33,925 bases of DNA. Source: a virus (taxonomy: Duplodnaviria > Caudoviricetes). The notes under the pieces are model-generated. The model worked only from the letters and a program-made list of their open reading frames with translations, was not told the DNA's origin and did not search any database. Shown in pieces: positions 9,443 through 19,162 of the stretch. The stretch covers positions 1-33,925 of the IMG/VR virus record IMGVR_UViG_3300022886_000001; one strand, given 5' to 3'. Made by a program: the position numbers and the translations under genes. The first letter of the stretch is position 1; each line of letters begins with the position of its first letter.

Positions 9443-10249
9443 TTAGATTGTTCCATAACGAGATTGTACATAACTACAATATCTAACTCTTTCAGAAGTA
9501 GTCATTAAACGATTCATGAAAAATAACTCTCCAATTGTACCGCCTACAAAAGCTTGTTGAGCTGAAGAATTGACAGCACCAATAAATCCTTGACCAGTAG
9601 GATTGAAAACTGTTCTGGTAGGTGCTACTAACGATTGTTCTGTATTTGAAGTTCCCAAATAAAGTCTTAATGTGGCAAGAACATTGTTAGGTACATAAAT
9701 TTCCACTGTACCAATCCAAACTTCAATGTTAGTAGTAGCATTACCGTCAATTGCGCCACCAACACTGTTAGAATAAAAATCTCTTGTAGTTGAGGTAAAT
9801 GTATGAATACTAAAAGTACAACCTCCAAGCGCAGAGGTTGGAGCCCAAATAGTCCTAAATGCAGAGTTATCAGTGGATTGAAAAACTCCACCCAAGGTTA
9901 TTGGGAATCTAGTAGTCTGTAATGTAAATGGAATTCCCAAAACTCGGCTTGTACCAAAAGCTAAACCATCTAATCCGTTAGACCAATTAGAGGTAATAGT
10001 AGGGCGTCTTGATGATGTGGCTTGTACAGCATGATAACCATTACCTGAAAGATCAGCCCATTTACTAACTCTTCCACTTGTCAAAGTAATAGTTTCAGGA
10101 TCATTTCTGTAATAAGCAATAAGACCATTACCAATATGATCGCAGGCTCCATCCCTACGAGAAGCAGCTGAAACTCTACCAGTAGCTAAAACGCGATCGG
10201 AAGCTGAAACGCGTCCTGTAGCGGAAATTCTGCCTGTAGCTATTCCCAT
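9443..10249 (-). CDS. LamG/concanavalin-like beta-sandwich virion accessory protein with N-terminal hexapeptide repeats
   Basis: VSKWADLSGNGYHAVQAT..RP and C-terminal GTIGELFFMNR..ER...YVQSRYG patterns; N-terminal ATGRVS-like repeats. Confidence 0.65.
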   Translation of the reverse strand: MGIATGRISATGRVSASDRVLATGRVSAASRRDGACDHIGNGLIAYYRNDPETITLTSGRVSKWADLSGNGYHAVQATSSRRPTITSNWSNGLDGLAFGTSRVLGIPFTLQTTRFPITLGGVFQSTDNSAFRTIWAPTSALGGCTFSIHTFTSTTRDFYSNSVGGAIDGNATTNIEVWIGTVEIYVPNNVLATLRLYLGTSNTEQSLVAPTRTVFNPTGQGFIGAVNSSAQQAFVGGTIGELFFMNRLMTTSERVRYCSYVQSRYGTI

Positions 10250-10295
10250 AATAATTCCTTATATTACTTTATGCATGTTAATTTATTATACTCGT

Positions 10296-11087
10296 TTATA
10301 CGTAATGAATATTAGTATTACATTCTCCAGCTGTAGCCGAATCGGTAAAAGTTCCTGCTGTAGTAGACCAAGCAAAACTAATTCCAGTAGAGAAAAAACC
10401 ACCACTACCACAAAAGAAATCGGTTCCAAGAGTAGATGCCGAACCTGCTGGTACGAGAAAAGAATATAATGGAACTTCAGTTGCTACTGGTGCTGTAGCT
10501 TTATTGTGTAACTGGAAGAAACGCGCTGCGGCATTGGTATTGGAAACACGAATACTTAAAATGTTACCGGCAGAAGCTTTGATATTTGCTTTGGTAGCTG
10601 CACCAAAATTTGTAGCTAAAGTTGGCGCATAAGTGTTAACAGCTAAAGGCTTATATATTATTGCAGCTACGCCATTGGAATTGTCTTCATACACGCCTTT
10701 AAAACCCTCTACTACATCGCACCCTGTAATATCAGCACTTACACTGTGTGCAGTAATAATTCCGGCTGTCGTAGCTCCTTTCGCTCCTCCTTTAACAATA
10801 GCTACCAAGGCGCCGCCAGTTAAAGTTGCATCCAACGCAAGTCCATTATCTGAAGCAATAACAACTGGAGTGGATCCTGCCATTGTCTTTTGGCCAAGAG
10901 ATCCAAATTTAGCATTTAAACCACTGGTATTACTATCAATTAAATCTAAATCTCCAGCAATATAAGTTAAAGCTGCAATTTCTGTGGTTTGATTATCAGC
11001 AGAAGCTGTACCAGCTCCGCCTGAAGTTCCATCAGAACCTACAATATAAACGTTCTGAGCTTCTCCGCCATTAGGTGTAACAGTCAT
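10296..11087 (-). CDS. Putative virion decoration/collar protein
   Basis: Ala/Gly/Thr-rich; LGQKTMAGSTPVVIASD and IKASAG..SNTNAAARFFQLHN segments resemble recalled phage structural proteins. Confidence 0.5.
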   Translation of the reverse strand: MTVTPNGGEAQNVYIVGSDGTSGGAGTASADNQTTEIAALTYIAGDLDLIDSNTSGLNAKFGSLGQKTMAGSTPVVIASDNGLALDATLTGGALVAIVKGGAKGATTAGIITAHSVSADITGCDVVEGFKGVYEDNSNGVAAIIYKPLAVNTYAPTLATNFGAATKANIKASAGNILSIRVSNTNAAARFFQLHNKATAPVATEVPLYSFLVPAGSASTLGTDFFCGSGGFFSTGISFAWSTTAGTFTDSATAGECNTNIHYV

Positions 11088-11134
11088 AATAATATTTCCT
11101 TGAATTTAGGATTGCAATTTACTATATAAATTTG

Positions 11135-11608
11135 CTAAGATTGGGTTGCGTTTCTACGAATGACGAAGTTGTAATGTAAGTTGCGAGAAAAATTAACCTT
11201 GATTAAATTAAACCAATGTCCATTAGTCATGCCTGGACCTTCCATTTTAAATTGAATATCTTGAGGATTAGTATCAACTAAAACATCAAAATCATCTGGA
11301 ATGTTGCCATAAATACTTCCATCAAAATCAGTATATTGAGGAGTAACTGGTCCAATTTGATAATCTCCTTGTTGATATAGCCCATTAGAGGCTATAATCT
11401 CATCTTGAGTTAACAATTTGACTTTAGGACGATTAATATTTTTATGAACTAAAATTGGATAATCAATAAAAGAGGTTGTTCCAACTCCAGGACGATCACC
11501 TGTAAATTGAGAAACTCTAAGAGTAACATCATATCTACGGAAATCTAATGCTGGAGAGATTCCTCTGGTTGAATCTAGAATTCTCAATAAGGAATCTCTT
11601 AAAGACAT
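11135..11608 (-). CDS. Putative head-closure (stopper) protein
   Basis: 157 aa, beta-rich, follows the adaptor candidate; gene order. Confidence 0.5.
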   Translation of the reverse strand: MSLRDSLLRILDSTRGISPALDFRRYDVTLRVSQFTGDRPGVGTTSFIDYPILVHKNINRPKVKLLTQDEIIASNGLYQQGDYQIGPVTPQYTDFDGSIYGNIPDDFDVLVDTNPQDIQFKMEGPGMTNGHWFNLIKVNFSRNLHYNFVIRRNATQS

Positions 11609-11617
11609 AAATATCCT

Positions 11618-12049
11618 TTAACGAAAGCCTAAGTTGAAATTAAATCCAGCTCCAGTCATACTACCAAATTGCTTCCATTGATCTCCTATGTAACCTTCTG
11701 TACCGAAAATACGGCAGATAATAGGTACACCAAAAATAATAGATAATTGATTGCAGAATTTGTTAGCCTGTTGATTTAAAGAAACTACAGGAGAACTTCC
11801 GCTTTTGTCAGGATACCATTCTACTTCTTGATTATCAGCAGATTTTAATCCAGCTGTATCTAAAGCAGAAGTTAAAAAAGATTCTACAACTGCAATTTTA
11901 GATAGAATATCTCTAACATCAGCTACTGCATCAACATCGTTTCCAACCACTTCAATAGCTGATTCTAAACGAGGATTTGATTGCCTGTAGACTTGAGGAT
12001 AACCAAGATATTTACGTATTTTGTAAGACTCAGCGCTTGTAAATGACAC
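11618..12049 (-). CDS. Putative head-tail adaptor (start revised to GTG at 12049)
   Basis: GGAGG-N6-GTG; N-terminal SFTSAESYKIRKYLGYP resembles adaptor proteins. Confidence 0.6.
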   Translation of the reverse strand: MSFTSAESYKIRKYLGYPQVYRQSNPRLESAIEVVGNDVDAVADVRDILSKIAVVESFLTSALDTAGLKSADNQEVEWYPDKSGSSPVVSLNQQANKFCNQLSIIFGVPIICRIFGTEGYIGDQWKQFGSMTGAGFNFNLGFR

Positions 12050-12269
12050 AATTATCCTCCACTGAAAATTTTGCGTTATCAAACCTAATTTGCTCATTAA
12101 CTTCTTCAGAAATATAGCGATGATAATCTACTTCTAAAGGAATTTTATGAATTTCAATTATATCATATAATTCTTCTGGCAAATCAACATGCTTCCAAGC
12201 CAAAATAAAATATTCTTTACCTTGATGCGTGAATTTAACACTTTTGCCAGAAGAATTAACAAAATACAT
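12030..12269 (-). CDS. Hypothetical protein
   Basis: 79 aa, AAGGA RBS, 3' end overlaps the next start. Confidence 0.6.
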   Translation of the reverse strand: MYFVNSSGKSVKFTHQGKEYFILAWKHVDLPEELYDIIEIHKIPLEVDYHRYISEEVNEQIRFDNAKFSVEDNCVIYKR

Positions 12270-12276
12270 AATTCCT

Positions 12277-12819
12277 TTAAGGCGCTTCTATAACTAAAGC
12301 TTGAGAAGTAAATGCAGCCGCGAAATGTGAATTGGTTTTAGCTTTACATTCATTAACCAAAGTTACCAAAGTAGTTTCATCAGTCGCATCGTCAGCAGTA
12401 ATGGTATTTAATGTATCAGCTACGGGATGAAAAACAGCAGAAGCAATATGAAGATTGAATTTAGCTTTATATTGATTTGCTAAAGTTTCGGCAGAAGCTG
12501 GGTCAGTAGCTATAGGAGCAGTAAGTACATTGGTACTATCAACACTAATGTGACAACCTAAACCAGTAACTGAATCACAATCACTAGCTAAATGCACACC
12601 ATAAGCAGTAGAACAAGCATTGATTAAATCAATTGCAGTTGTCTCATAACCGTCTTGATAGCCATCATAAACAGCATCATCTAAATCAATTGCAGTAGTA
12701 GCGTCGGCATGAAAGATTAGACCATTGCGTAATTTCAATAAATCCAACCGTAAAAGATTATCATTATCTAAAGAAGCTTGGGCTTTGAGACCCGCAAAAT
12801 TTCGAACAAGAGTTGACAT
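12277..12819 (-). CDS. Capsid-adjacent protein with three His-containing helical repeats (possible head decoration)
   Basis: Repeats DLINACSTAYGVHLAS / TLANQYKAKFNLHIAS / TLVNECKAKTNSHFAA; directly after the MCP. Confidence 0.5.
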   Translation of the reverse strand: MSTLVRNFAGLKAQASLDNDNLLRLDLLKLRNGLIFHADATTAIDLDDAVYDGYQDGYETTAIDLINACSTAYGVHLASDCDSVTGLGCHISVDSTNVLTAPIATDPASAETLANQYKAKFNLHIASAVFHPVADTLNTITADDATDETTLVTLVNECKAKTNSHFAAAFTSQALVIEAP

Positions 12820-12852
12820 ATTTTAATTCCTTGAAGTTTATTCTGAATTTTT

Positions 12853-12905
12853 AAAAAAAAGAAAATGGGTGGATTTATTGCATTAAAAACAAATCCACCC
12901 ATCTT
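12853..12905 (-). terminator. Intrinsic terminator after the major capsid gene
   Basis: ATGGGTGGATTT...AAATCCACCCAT 12-bp stem followed by TTTCTTTTTTTT. Confidence 0.85.
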
Positions 12906-12909
12906 TTTA

Positions 12910-13941
12910 TTAAGCCACGTTAAAACGAACTCCACATGTATTAGGTCTGTCAACACAAAGTTGAATATAGGATTTCATCATAGCTTTATCCGAGTCACCA
13001 GTATGGGCTAGCATTTCTAGTTGGAAACCAAAAGGTAATGGACCAAAACCATCATCGCCAACCACTGAAAGAATTTCATCATTCATACCAGGAATATTGG
13101 AAAGATTCATTGGAAGAACTTCTAGAAAAGCGTGTTGCGAATTGACGTAATAGATTTTACCATCAGTCGCATCTTTATCTTCGACGAAAGTACAACCATC
13201 AAAGCGAATACCACCAATACCACCTTCAAGAGTAAATTTACCCGCCGCAGTTGATACATCGGGAACTACAACAAAAGTGTATTGTTTTTGAGGATCAAAT
13301 AAACCAGCCATTTTCGTTAAAACATTTGGGTGAACGAAAGCCACATCAGGACGCATACCAGAAGCAATATAAATCGCCTGCATATCTGAACGTATTTGCG
13401 CAAAAGTTAAAGCAGCCGCAGGACCAGCTGAATTGAATAAACTAGGTTGGAAATAAGTTTTGGTTACACGATCAATAGTAGCGTAGGTGTTAGTAATGCT
13501 ACCAATAGCCACATCAAGACCCGCAATTTCAGAACCAGTACCAGGACCAGTATAGATTTTAGCATTAATACCAGAAGCTAAAGCTGTAGCTGAATTGGTC
13601 ATATTTCGTGCCCAAAGTTCTAGATTACCCATAGGTGAGCCAGAACCAATAGCAGTAGCTTGTGCTAAACCACCAACGTGAAAGTTGGAACGATATGTAG
13701 CCCAACTTAGTAAACCTTGGTCTTGAGCATCAGAGCCAAAATTTGCAGCATCGGCGCCTTCTGAATAATTTTCAAATACGGCACCCGAACTTTCAGCTAC
13801 GAAAGCTACGTTTTTACCAGCGCCTACACGCATAGGTAACATTTTAGCAATCACAGACTGACGATTGGTTTGACGAACTACATCGCCTTTAAATTGTTGA
13901 GCAAGAACGATAAGAGCAAGTGTTTGAAGTGTATCGGCCAT
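12910..13941 (-). CDS. Major capsid protein (HK97 fold)
   Basis: 343 aa after the scaffold and followed by a terminator; YTGPGT..EIAGL, YATIDR and C-terminal QLCVDRPNTCG patterns. Confidence 0.88.
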   Translation of the reverse strand: MADTLQTLALIVLAQQFKGDVVRQTNRQSVIAKMLPMRVGAGKNVAFVAESSGAVFENYSEGADAANFGSDAQDQGLLSWATYRSNFHVGGLAQATAIGSGSPMGNLELWARNMTNSATALASGINAKIYTGPGTGSEIAGLDVAIGSITNTYATIDRVTKTYFQPSLFNSAGPAAALTFAQIRSDMQAIYIASGMRPDVAFVHPNVLTKMAGLFDPQKQYTFVVVPDVSTAAGKFTLEGGIGGIRFDGCTFVEDKDATDGKIYYVNSQHAFLEVLPMNLSNIPGMNDEILSVVGDDGFGPLPFGFQLEMLAHTGDSDKAMMKSYIQLCVDRPNTCGVRFNVA

Positions 13942-13959
13942 TTGAGATTCCTTGAAATT

Positions 13960-14679
13960 TTAAAGTTTTAAACCGAGTTTAGACAGCATAGAAGCTGCGT
14001 CGGAGAAATTACCTTTAACAAGACTGTTGTTATTGCCTTCTTGTGAGGTACGTGTTGGTAGAGGATTTGACACAGTGCGTAAACCGCCTGTTTTACTAGT
14101 GACTGGAGCTGGCAAAAAGATTAGAGCATCTTTGCTTTTAAGATATTGTTTTACTCCTTCTTGAACATCTATTTCATTATCGGCATCAACTTGATAAGCC
14201 ATTGAGCCATCTTCACCAACTTTGATTTTTTTATCAGCATGGAAAATCAATTTAGCTACGTGATCAACTGCATCTGGACGAACTTTACCATTTAGAATAG
14301 TTTTAAGTTGTCCAAAAGCTTCTTTTTCACGGATGCTTTTGGCTTGCAAAGCAGTTGCATCTTCTTTTTGTTTCAGAGTTTTTTGCATTAATTCAAGTTG
14401 TTTTTGAAGTGCAATTACTTCTGAATTTGATTGAGAATTTGATGGAACTGAATTGGAAGCGATGGTAGATTTTTCTTGTGATTTTTCTAAAAATTGTTCT
14501 TTAAAAGGAGATAATGAAGTTTCTAACATTTCAGCTAATCGTTTATCATAACGTTTGTCTCTTCCAGCTAAAGCAGAATTAACAATTTCATGAATTCGAG
14601 CTTCTGTTAAAACACCTGAATCTTTATGTTCAATATCTTGAGTTGATCCTGATACGTTTGGGTCATTTACGCTTGGCAT
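13960..14679 (-). CDS. Capsid scaffolding protein (start revised to 14679)
   Basis: GGAGG RBS before MPSVNDP; coiled-coil, charged; between portal and MCP. Confidence 0.75.
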   Translation of the reverse strand: MPSVNDPNVSGSTQDIEHKDSGVLTEARIHEIVNSALAGRDKRYDKRLAEMLETSLSPFKEQFLEKSQEKSTIASNSVPSNSQSNSEVIALQKQLELMQKTLKQKEDATALQAKSIREKEAFGQLKTILNGKVRPDAVDHVAKLIFHADKKIKVGEDGSMAYQVDADNEIDVQEGVKQYLKSKDALIFLPAPVTSKTGGLRTVSNPLPTRTSQEGNNNSLVKGNFSDAASMLSKLGLKL

Positions 14680-14727
14680 ATTTTCCTCCTGTTTGAATTG
14701 GTGCCACACCAATTCATTCAGCAACGG

Positions 14728-16215
14728 TTATCCGACCGCCGGTTTTTGGGTTGGGATTGTAGGAGTTAATTTTGAAGGAACTTCTACAATCGGTTTAGCC
14801 TCAATTGGCTGAAATTTATATTTAGTGATGTAATCGCTTATTTCATCTTTAACATTTTGTGCTAAATCTGGTAAGGTAACATGAACAATTTGACGAGCTA
14901 ATTCTTTTTGCAATGGTTCACATTCCTGTATCATTGGAATATTTAAATCTTTAATAGCTTGCAATGTTTCTAAAGTTTCTTTGGAATCTTCTGATGTAAA
15001 TTCATTCATTCCTTCAATAGAAAATTTAATATCTTGATCACCACGAGCATCTGAAATTAATTCATAAAGTTCTTCAATAAAAGCTTTTACAACGTCAGCA
15101 TAAGCATAAAGAATAATTTCAGTAGATTTACTATCCTGTTTTTTAGACTCTCCGGATCTTTTAATAGCACCAGAACCGTTAGCCACAGAAAGAGACATTT
15201 GCATAGCTAAACTATGTAAATCATTTTTAAATTGATCTACTCTTTTAGCAATTTCTGTAAAAGAATCTACTGGAGGAGAAATCCAATCAAATGATTCACT
15301 TTCACCAATTTTAATACCAAAATTATCATTACTGGTATTTAGTTTTATAGCATCAGAATTACTTTTATAAACAGCTGTAGGATAACAAGCTCTACGCATG
15401 CTCCAACCTAAAGCATTATTCATTCTAAAATGTTCAATTTGTGCATCAGCTAGACGATTAACTAACCATAGTCCGGCTGGAATTTTCAAACAAACGAATG
15501 GAACTTTAGGAAATCGATGTGAAATTTTTCCTAGGGTTGGAATAGGTGTATCATTATTAGGTTTTTTATTAGCTTCATAAGAAATTTGAAAAGTCTCTAC
15601 ATCTGCTTGATCGTAGATTTTCCAAGTCTCAGTAACAGTATTTCTAGTATCATAAGGAGAATAACGTTTTTTATCTACTTTATGAGTGATAACCCAAATT
15701 AGATTATTACGATCATCCACTTCCCAATCAAAAACATCTTCAGCTTCTACTGTAGAAATTTTAACAATTCCTAAACCTTTATCATTATATGTTGCTAAGT
15801 CTTCAGGTAAAGGCTCTCCATCATTAGGAAGCTCAGTTAAAACCCAAGCACAACCTTTGATTAAAGAATTAATAAAAACGGCTCTAGTAAAGGTTAATAA
15901 ATCATCTCCATTATCATTACATTTTTCTTTGAATTCAGAATAAAAAATATCCAATTCTTCTGAATTACTTCTTACGATAAAAGGACTGGAAAATAACTGT
16001 GAAGCAAATTGATTAACGATTGAATTGATAAAGGGTTCGTAAGTAGATTCTCTAATTCTAGCTTGATAAACTTCAGAAGGTTCGAGTGCATTTTTATTTA
16101 AGAATCTATTAGCCAAATTACGAAAAACATGACCGCCCTGATAAAGTGCATCATACTTTTCTAGTAGATCACCATTCCAGCAATCGTGTTTTTGGTTAAG
16201 TTGTTTATATTTCAC
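14728..16215 (-). CDS. Portal protein
   Basis: 495 aa directly after TerL; LYQGG...YQAR, VFDW, VPFV and SGESKKQD motifs of DUF4055/SPP1-like portals. Confidence 0.88.
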   Translation of the reverse strand: MKYKQLNQKHDCWNGDLLEKYDALYQGGHVFRNLANRFLNKNALEPSEVYQARIRESTYEPFINSIVNQFASQLFSSPFIVRSNSEELDIFYSEFKEKCNDNGDDLLTFTRAVFINSLIKGCAWVLTELPNDGEPLPEDLATYNDKGLGIVKISTVEAEDVFDWEVDDRNNLIWVITHKVDKKRYSPYDTRNTVTETWKIYDQADVETFQISYEANKKPNNDTPIPTLGKISHRFPKVPFVCLKIPAGLWLVNRLADAQIEHFRMNNALGWSMRRACYPTAVYKSNSDAIKLNTSNDNFGIKIGESESFDWISPPVDSFTEIAKRVDQFKNDLHSLAMQMSLSVANGSGAIKRSGESKKQDSKSTEIILYAYADVVKAFIEELYELISDARGDQDIKFSIEGMNEFTSEDSKETLETLQAIKDLNIPMIQECEPLQKELARQIVHVTLPDLAQNVKDEISDYITKYKFQPIEAKPIVEVPSKLTPTIPTQKPAVG

Positions 16216-16232
16216 TGTTGCCTTATATGTGT

Positions 16233-16275
16233 ATTAGTGTAAGTGAGGGACAGATTAAGCCTAAATTGACCAAAA
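16233..16275 (-). promoter_or_regulatory. Putative late promoter, copy 2
   Basis: TTGGTCAATTTAGGC-N13-CACTTACA upstream of the portal. Confidence 0.75.
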
Positions 16276-16279
16276 TAAA

Positions 16280-17623
16280 TTAAAAAGCTGTAAATCTTTC
16301 TGTAATAGATCCTTTAGAAGGGTTGATTCCATCAAAGAATTCTGTCATTAGCCAAACAAAAGCGTCCATTCGATCAGGAGATTTATCACCAAGGGTCCAA
16401 GTAGTAAGTTGCATTTCTAATTTAGGATGATGACCGACCAATCTAACATTGCCATTTTGAACTAAAGCTGAAATAGGTCTAGCTCTGGTAACTTTATCTT
16501 TTCCAGCTGTAGCATAGACAGCTTTCATTTGAGGTTTTAGCTTTAAAATTCTAAAGATAGATGGTACTAAATCACCTCCATAATTAGCTTCATAAACAAT
16601 GCAATTAACTTTATAATCCAAATAAGCTTGATAGGCCATTTTAACCCATTCCTCAGGTGAAGCTTTAACTGATAAATCTTTGATTAAATATCCTTTGCCA
16701 TCAAAACCTAATCCTCCAATAACAATGCCACATTCACAGGCAGAATCTTTACCAGATCCAGAAGTATCAATAGCCATAACAATTTTGGAAAAAGATGGAG
16801 CTTTATCAACTCTTCCTAAATTTAACCAAGAAGATTTAAATAACGCTCCTGTAGCCTCTGCTAAAAGCTTTCCATCTAGTTCTTGGGCTGCAAAGTCAGT
16901 ATTACCATAAAGTCTTTTAACATCATCTAGAACGCCAGCAGCAATATTGTGTTGGTTTTCTGTAGAAGATCCTTGAGTTAAAACAGTTCTTGGATTCTTG
17001 ATCAAATCAAAGAATAATGGTTTAGGTTTTGGAGTGGTAGTTATGACACACTGCGCTAAACCTAAACGTAAGCCTGCAATAAATAAAGACCAAACTCCAT
17101 CATCTCCTTCTAGATAATCAAAAGCTGCTACTTCATCTAACCAAGCAAAATCATGTTGAGGTCCACGAAGTCTTTCTGGTTCTTGGCCTGTATAAACAAA
17201 AGCTTCAGCTCCATTATGAAAAGTTAGTGTTCTTTTTTCTCCACCAACATAGACAGGTCTTTGATGAGGAGGAAAAACATTCATTAAACCTGATTCACCA
17301 TTAATCATAACTTTAAGAACATCAGAATGAGTTGGTCCAATTAAAGCAATTCTTTTAACCTCACCAGCTAGAACTTTGGCTTTAATTAATTCAGCAGCCA
17401 TTCTAGTTTTACCAAAGAAACGACCAGCCAGAATTAACCAAAACTTCCAACCTAAAGGATCATCAACATAATCTATAGGAGGAGGTAATTGTTTAGGACG
17501 AGCCCAAAAGTCCCATCTATATAGAAGTATTGACTTTTCTCGATCAGTCAATGAAGCAAGAAATTCAGGACTTAATTCTTCAATTTGGCTTTTTCCTGAA
17601 GGAGACCATATTTTTAAGTCCAC
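16280..17623 (-). CDS. terL: Terminase large subunit
   Basis: Walker A AGRFFGKT, ERLRGPQ, Walker B AWLDE, TTTP motif, nuclease AID...SPDRMDA. Confidence 0.96.
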   Translation of the reverse strand: MDLKIWSPSGKSQIEELSPEFLASLTDREKSILLYRWDFWARPKQLPPPIDYVDDPLGWKFWLILAGRFFGKTRMAAELIKAKVLAGEVKRIALIGPTHSDVLKVMINGESGLMNVFPPHQRPVYVGGEKRTLTFHNGAEAFVYTGQEPERLRGPQHDFAWLDEVAAFDYLEGDDGVWSLFIAGLRLGLAQCVITTTPKPKPLFFDLIKNPRTVLTQGSSTENQHNIAAGVLDDVKRLYGNTDFAAQELDGKLLAEATGALFKSSWLNLGRVDKAPSFSKIVMAIDTSGSGKDSACECGIVIGGLGFDGKGYLIKDLSVKASPEEWVKMAYQAYLDYKVNCIVYEANYGGDLVPSIFRILKLKPQMKAVYATAGKDKVTRARPISALVQNGNVRLVGHHPKLEMQLTTWTLGDKSPDRMDAFVWLMTEFFDGINPSKGSITERFTAF

Positions 17624-17636
17624 GACATTTCCTTAA

Positions 17637-18188
17637 TTAATTAGTAGTAGTTATAAGTTTTGCTTTTTTAAGTTTCTCATCAAACTCTCGGGCCACACTT
17701 TCATAATTATCTTTTACATTATCAATATCCACGCCCATCATAGCTAAAGCAATTTGAGTTTCTTTTTGTTCTAATTGTACCATTTTAATGTAATTGGGTA
17801 AATAACTAGCAATAGTTTTATGTTCATTCCATAACTCTTCTGATCTAAGTCCTAATTTACCAAGTCTTTCTAAACATAAATCAAATAATTGTTTTTTATT
17901 AGTAATTAATTTGGGAGAATCAGCAACAGTTATTAACTCTTGAACTTGAGTTTCAATAATTTCAGCTTTATTTTCAAAAATTTCATTGGTTTTTTTTTGC
18001 TTCCTTACTACTTTAGAAACCCTAAAATGATCATCTTTTAAAACATGACTAATAGTAACATGAGAGATTTTAATTGATTTTTCTTTCAATAACCACTTAG
18101 AAATTTCCCTAGTAGTTTTGCCAGATAAAGCAAGATCAACAATATTTTTAGTTATCTCAGGAGTTAATTGACCACTATTTTTGTTCAT
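17637..18188 (-). CDS. Putative terminase small subunit (N-terminal HTH; start revised to 18188)
   Basis: Immediately upstream of terL; GKTTREISKWL...ISHVTISH HTH pattern; AAGG RBS. Confidence 0.55.
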   Translation of the reverse strand: MNKNSGQLTPEITKNIVDLALSGKTTREISKWLLKEKSIKISHVTISHVLKDDHFRVSKVVRKQKKTNEIFENKAEIIETQVQELITVADSPKLITNKKQLFDLCLERLGKLGLRSEELWNEHKTIASYLPNYIKMVQLEQKETQIALAMMGVDIDNVKDNYESVAREFDEKLKKAKLITTTN

Positions 18189-18195
18189 AATAACC

Positions 18196-18525
18196 TTAAA
18201 TGAAATTAAATTGAGATTCAATTTCAATCAGTAAAGTTTGTTTGGTAACTTCCTCTGCTACTTTGCCAGAAATACTTTTACTAACTACTCTGCCGCTGAT
18301 TTTTCTTAATTTATCATCATTTGGCACAGTGTAAAAAAGAGTAATAGCACCTAAATTAGGATTCCACTCTAGTCCTTTGGTAGGTACTACTGAAATTAAA
18401 GTAATATAATCACCCTTCAAGCTTTGGTTAATTTCGAAATCCATTAACTCTAATAGCAATTCTTCTTTGTTATTAAAGAATTTATAATCGTTTGAGATTT
18501 CATATTTTTTGGTTTTATTTTTCAT
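18196..18525 (-). CDS. Hypothetical protein
   Basis: 109 aa ORF packed in the operon. Confidence 0.6.
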   Translation of the reverse strand: MKNKTKKYEISNDYKFFNNKEELLLELMDFEINQSLKGDYITLISVVPTKGLEWNPNLGAITLFYTVPNDDKLRKISGRVVSKSISGKVAEEVTKQTLLIEIESQFNFI

Positions 18526-18536
18526 TTGGCCTTGGG

Positions 18537-18572
18537 ATAAACAAAAGCCACTATACCTAAAAGTATAATGGC
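18537..18572 (-). terminator. Intrinsic terminator upstream of the terminase block
   Basis: GCCATTATAC-TTTTAG-GTATAGTGGC then TTTTGTTTAT. Confidence 0.7.
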
Positions 18573-18600
18573 CCAGTAGAGCAGCGGAAGTAGTTGCGTA

Positions 18601-18816
18601 TTATTCCTGACAATTTCGAATAATCTTACCTGAGGAAGTATCAATCTGGTCTTTTTCACCCAGGAAATAACGATACTTTAAATCTTTGCGAAGTTGTTCT
18701 AATTGAAGTTCTATGACTTGAACTTTGGTTTTTTGTAATTCAAGATCTTTCATACCTAAAATGAGGCTTAAAAGTTCTTGAGAGCTGAGAAATTCTTCTT
18801 TGGTTAAGTTTTCCAT
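18601..18816 (-). CDS. Hypothetical coiled-coil protein
   Basis: 71 aa, AGGA RBS, Leu/Gln/Glu heptads. Confidence 0.65.
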   Translation of the reverse strand: MENLTKEEFLSSQELLSLILGMKDLELQKTKVQVIELQLEQLRKDLKYRYFLGEKDQIDTSSGKIIRNCQE

Positions 18817-18823
18817 CTATTTC

Positions 18824-19153
18824 CTATTTGAATTTAAAATTTTTCATCCGTAACAAAATAGTAGTATAATATAGTTTTAGTAGTTTGGGATATTTAATCA
18901 AAGTGGTAGAACTCATCATTCTAAAACAATGAATAATAATTTTTTTAGAATGTAAATCTTGATATTCAGAATTAGGTATTTTAGTAGCTTTGATAATAAT
19001 TTTATCAGAAGATGTCATATAATTAAAATTATACTCAGTTACATCTTGTTTATCTTCTAGTAAATGAAGAAATAAATTAAAATATTGTAATTCTAATTCT
19101 TTATCTATTTCATTTAAATTATCTGTTAAAGTGTATACTTTTTGAAAGTACAT
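18824..19153 (-). CDS. Hypothetical protein
   Basis: 109 aa, AAGGA RBS. Confidence 0.55.
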   Translation of the reverse strand: MYFQKVYTLTDNLNEIDKELELQYFNLFLHLLEDKQDVTEYNFNYMTSSDKIIIKATKIPNSEYQDLHSKKIIIHCFRMMSSTTLIKYPKLLKLYYTTILLRMKNFKFK

Positions 19154-19162
19154 GATTTTTCC

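Noticed and set aside
9667-9891. Same-strand alternative-frame ORFs (9667, 12768, 19705, 20703)
   Set aside because: Nested in better genes or running over a terminator or repeat array; no RBS support
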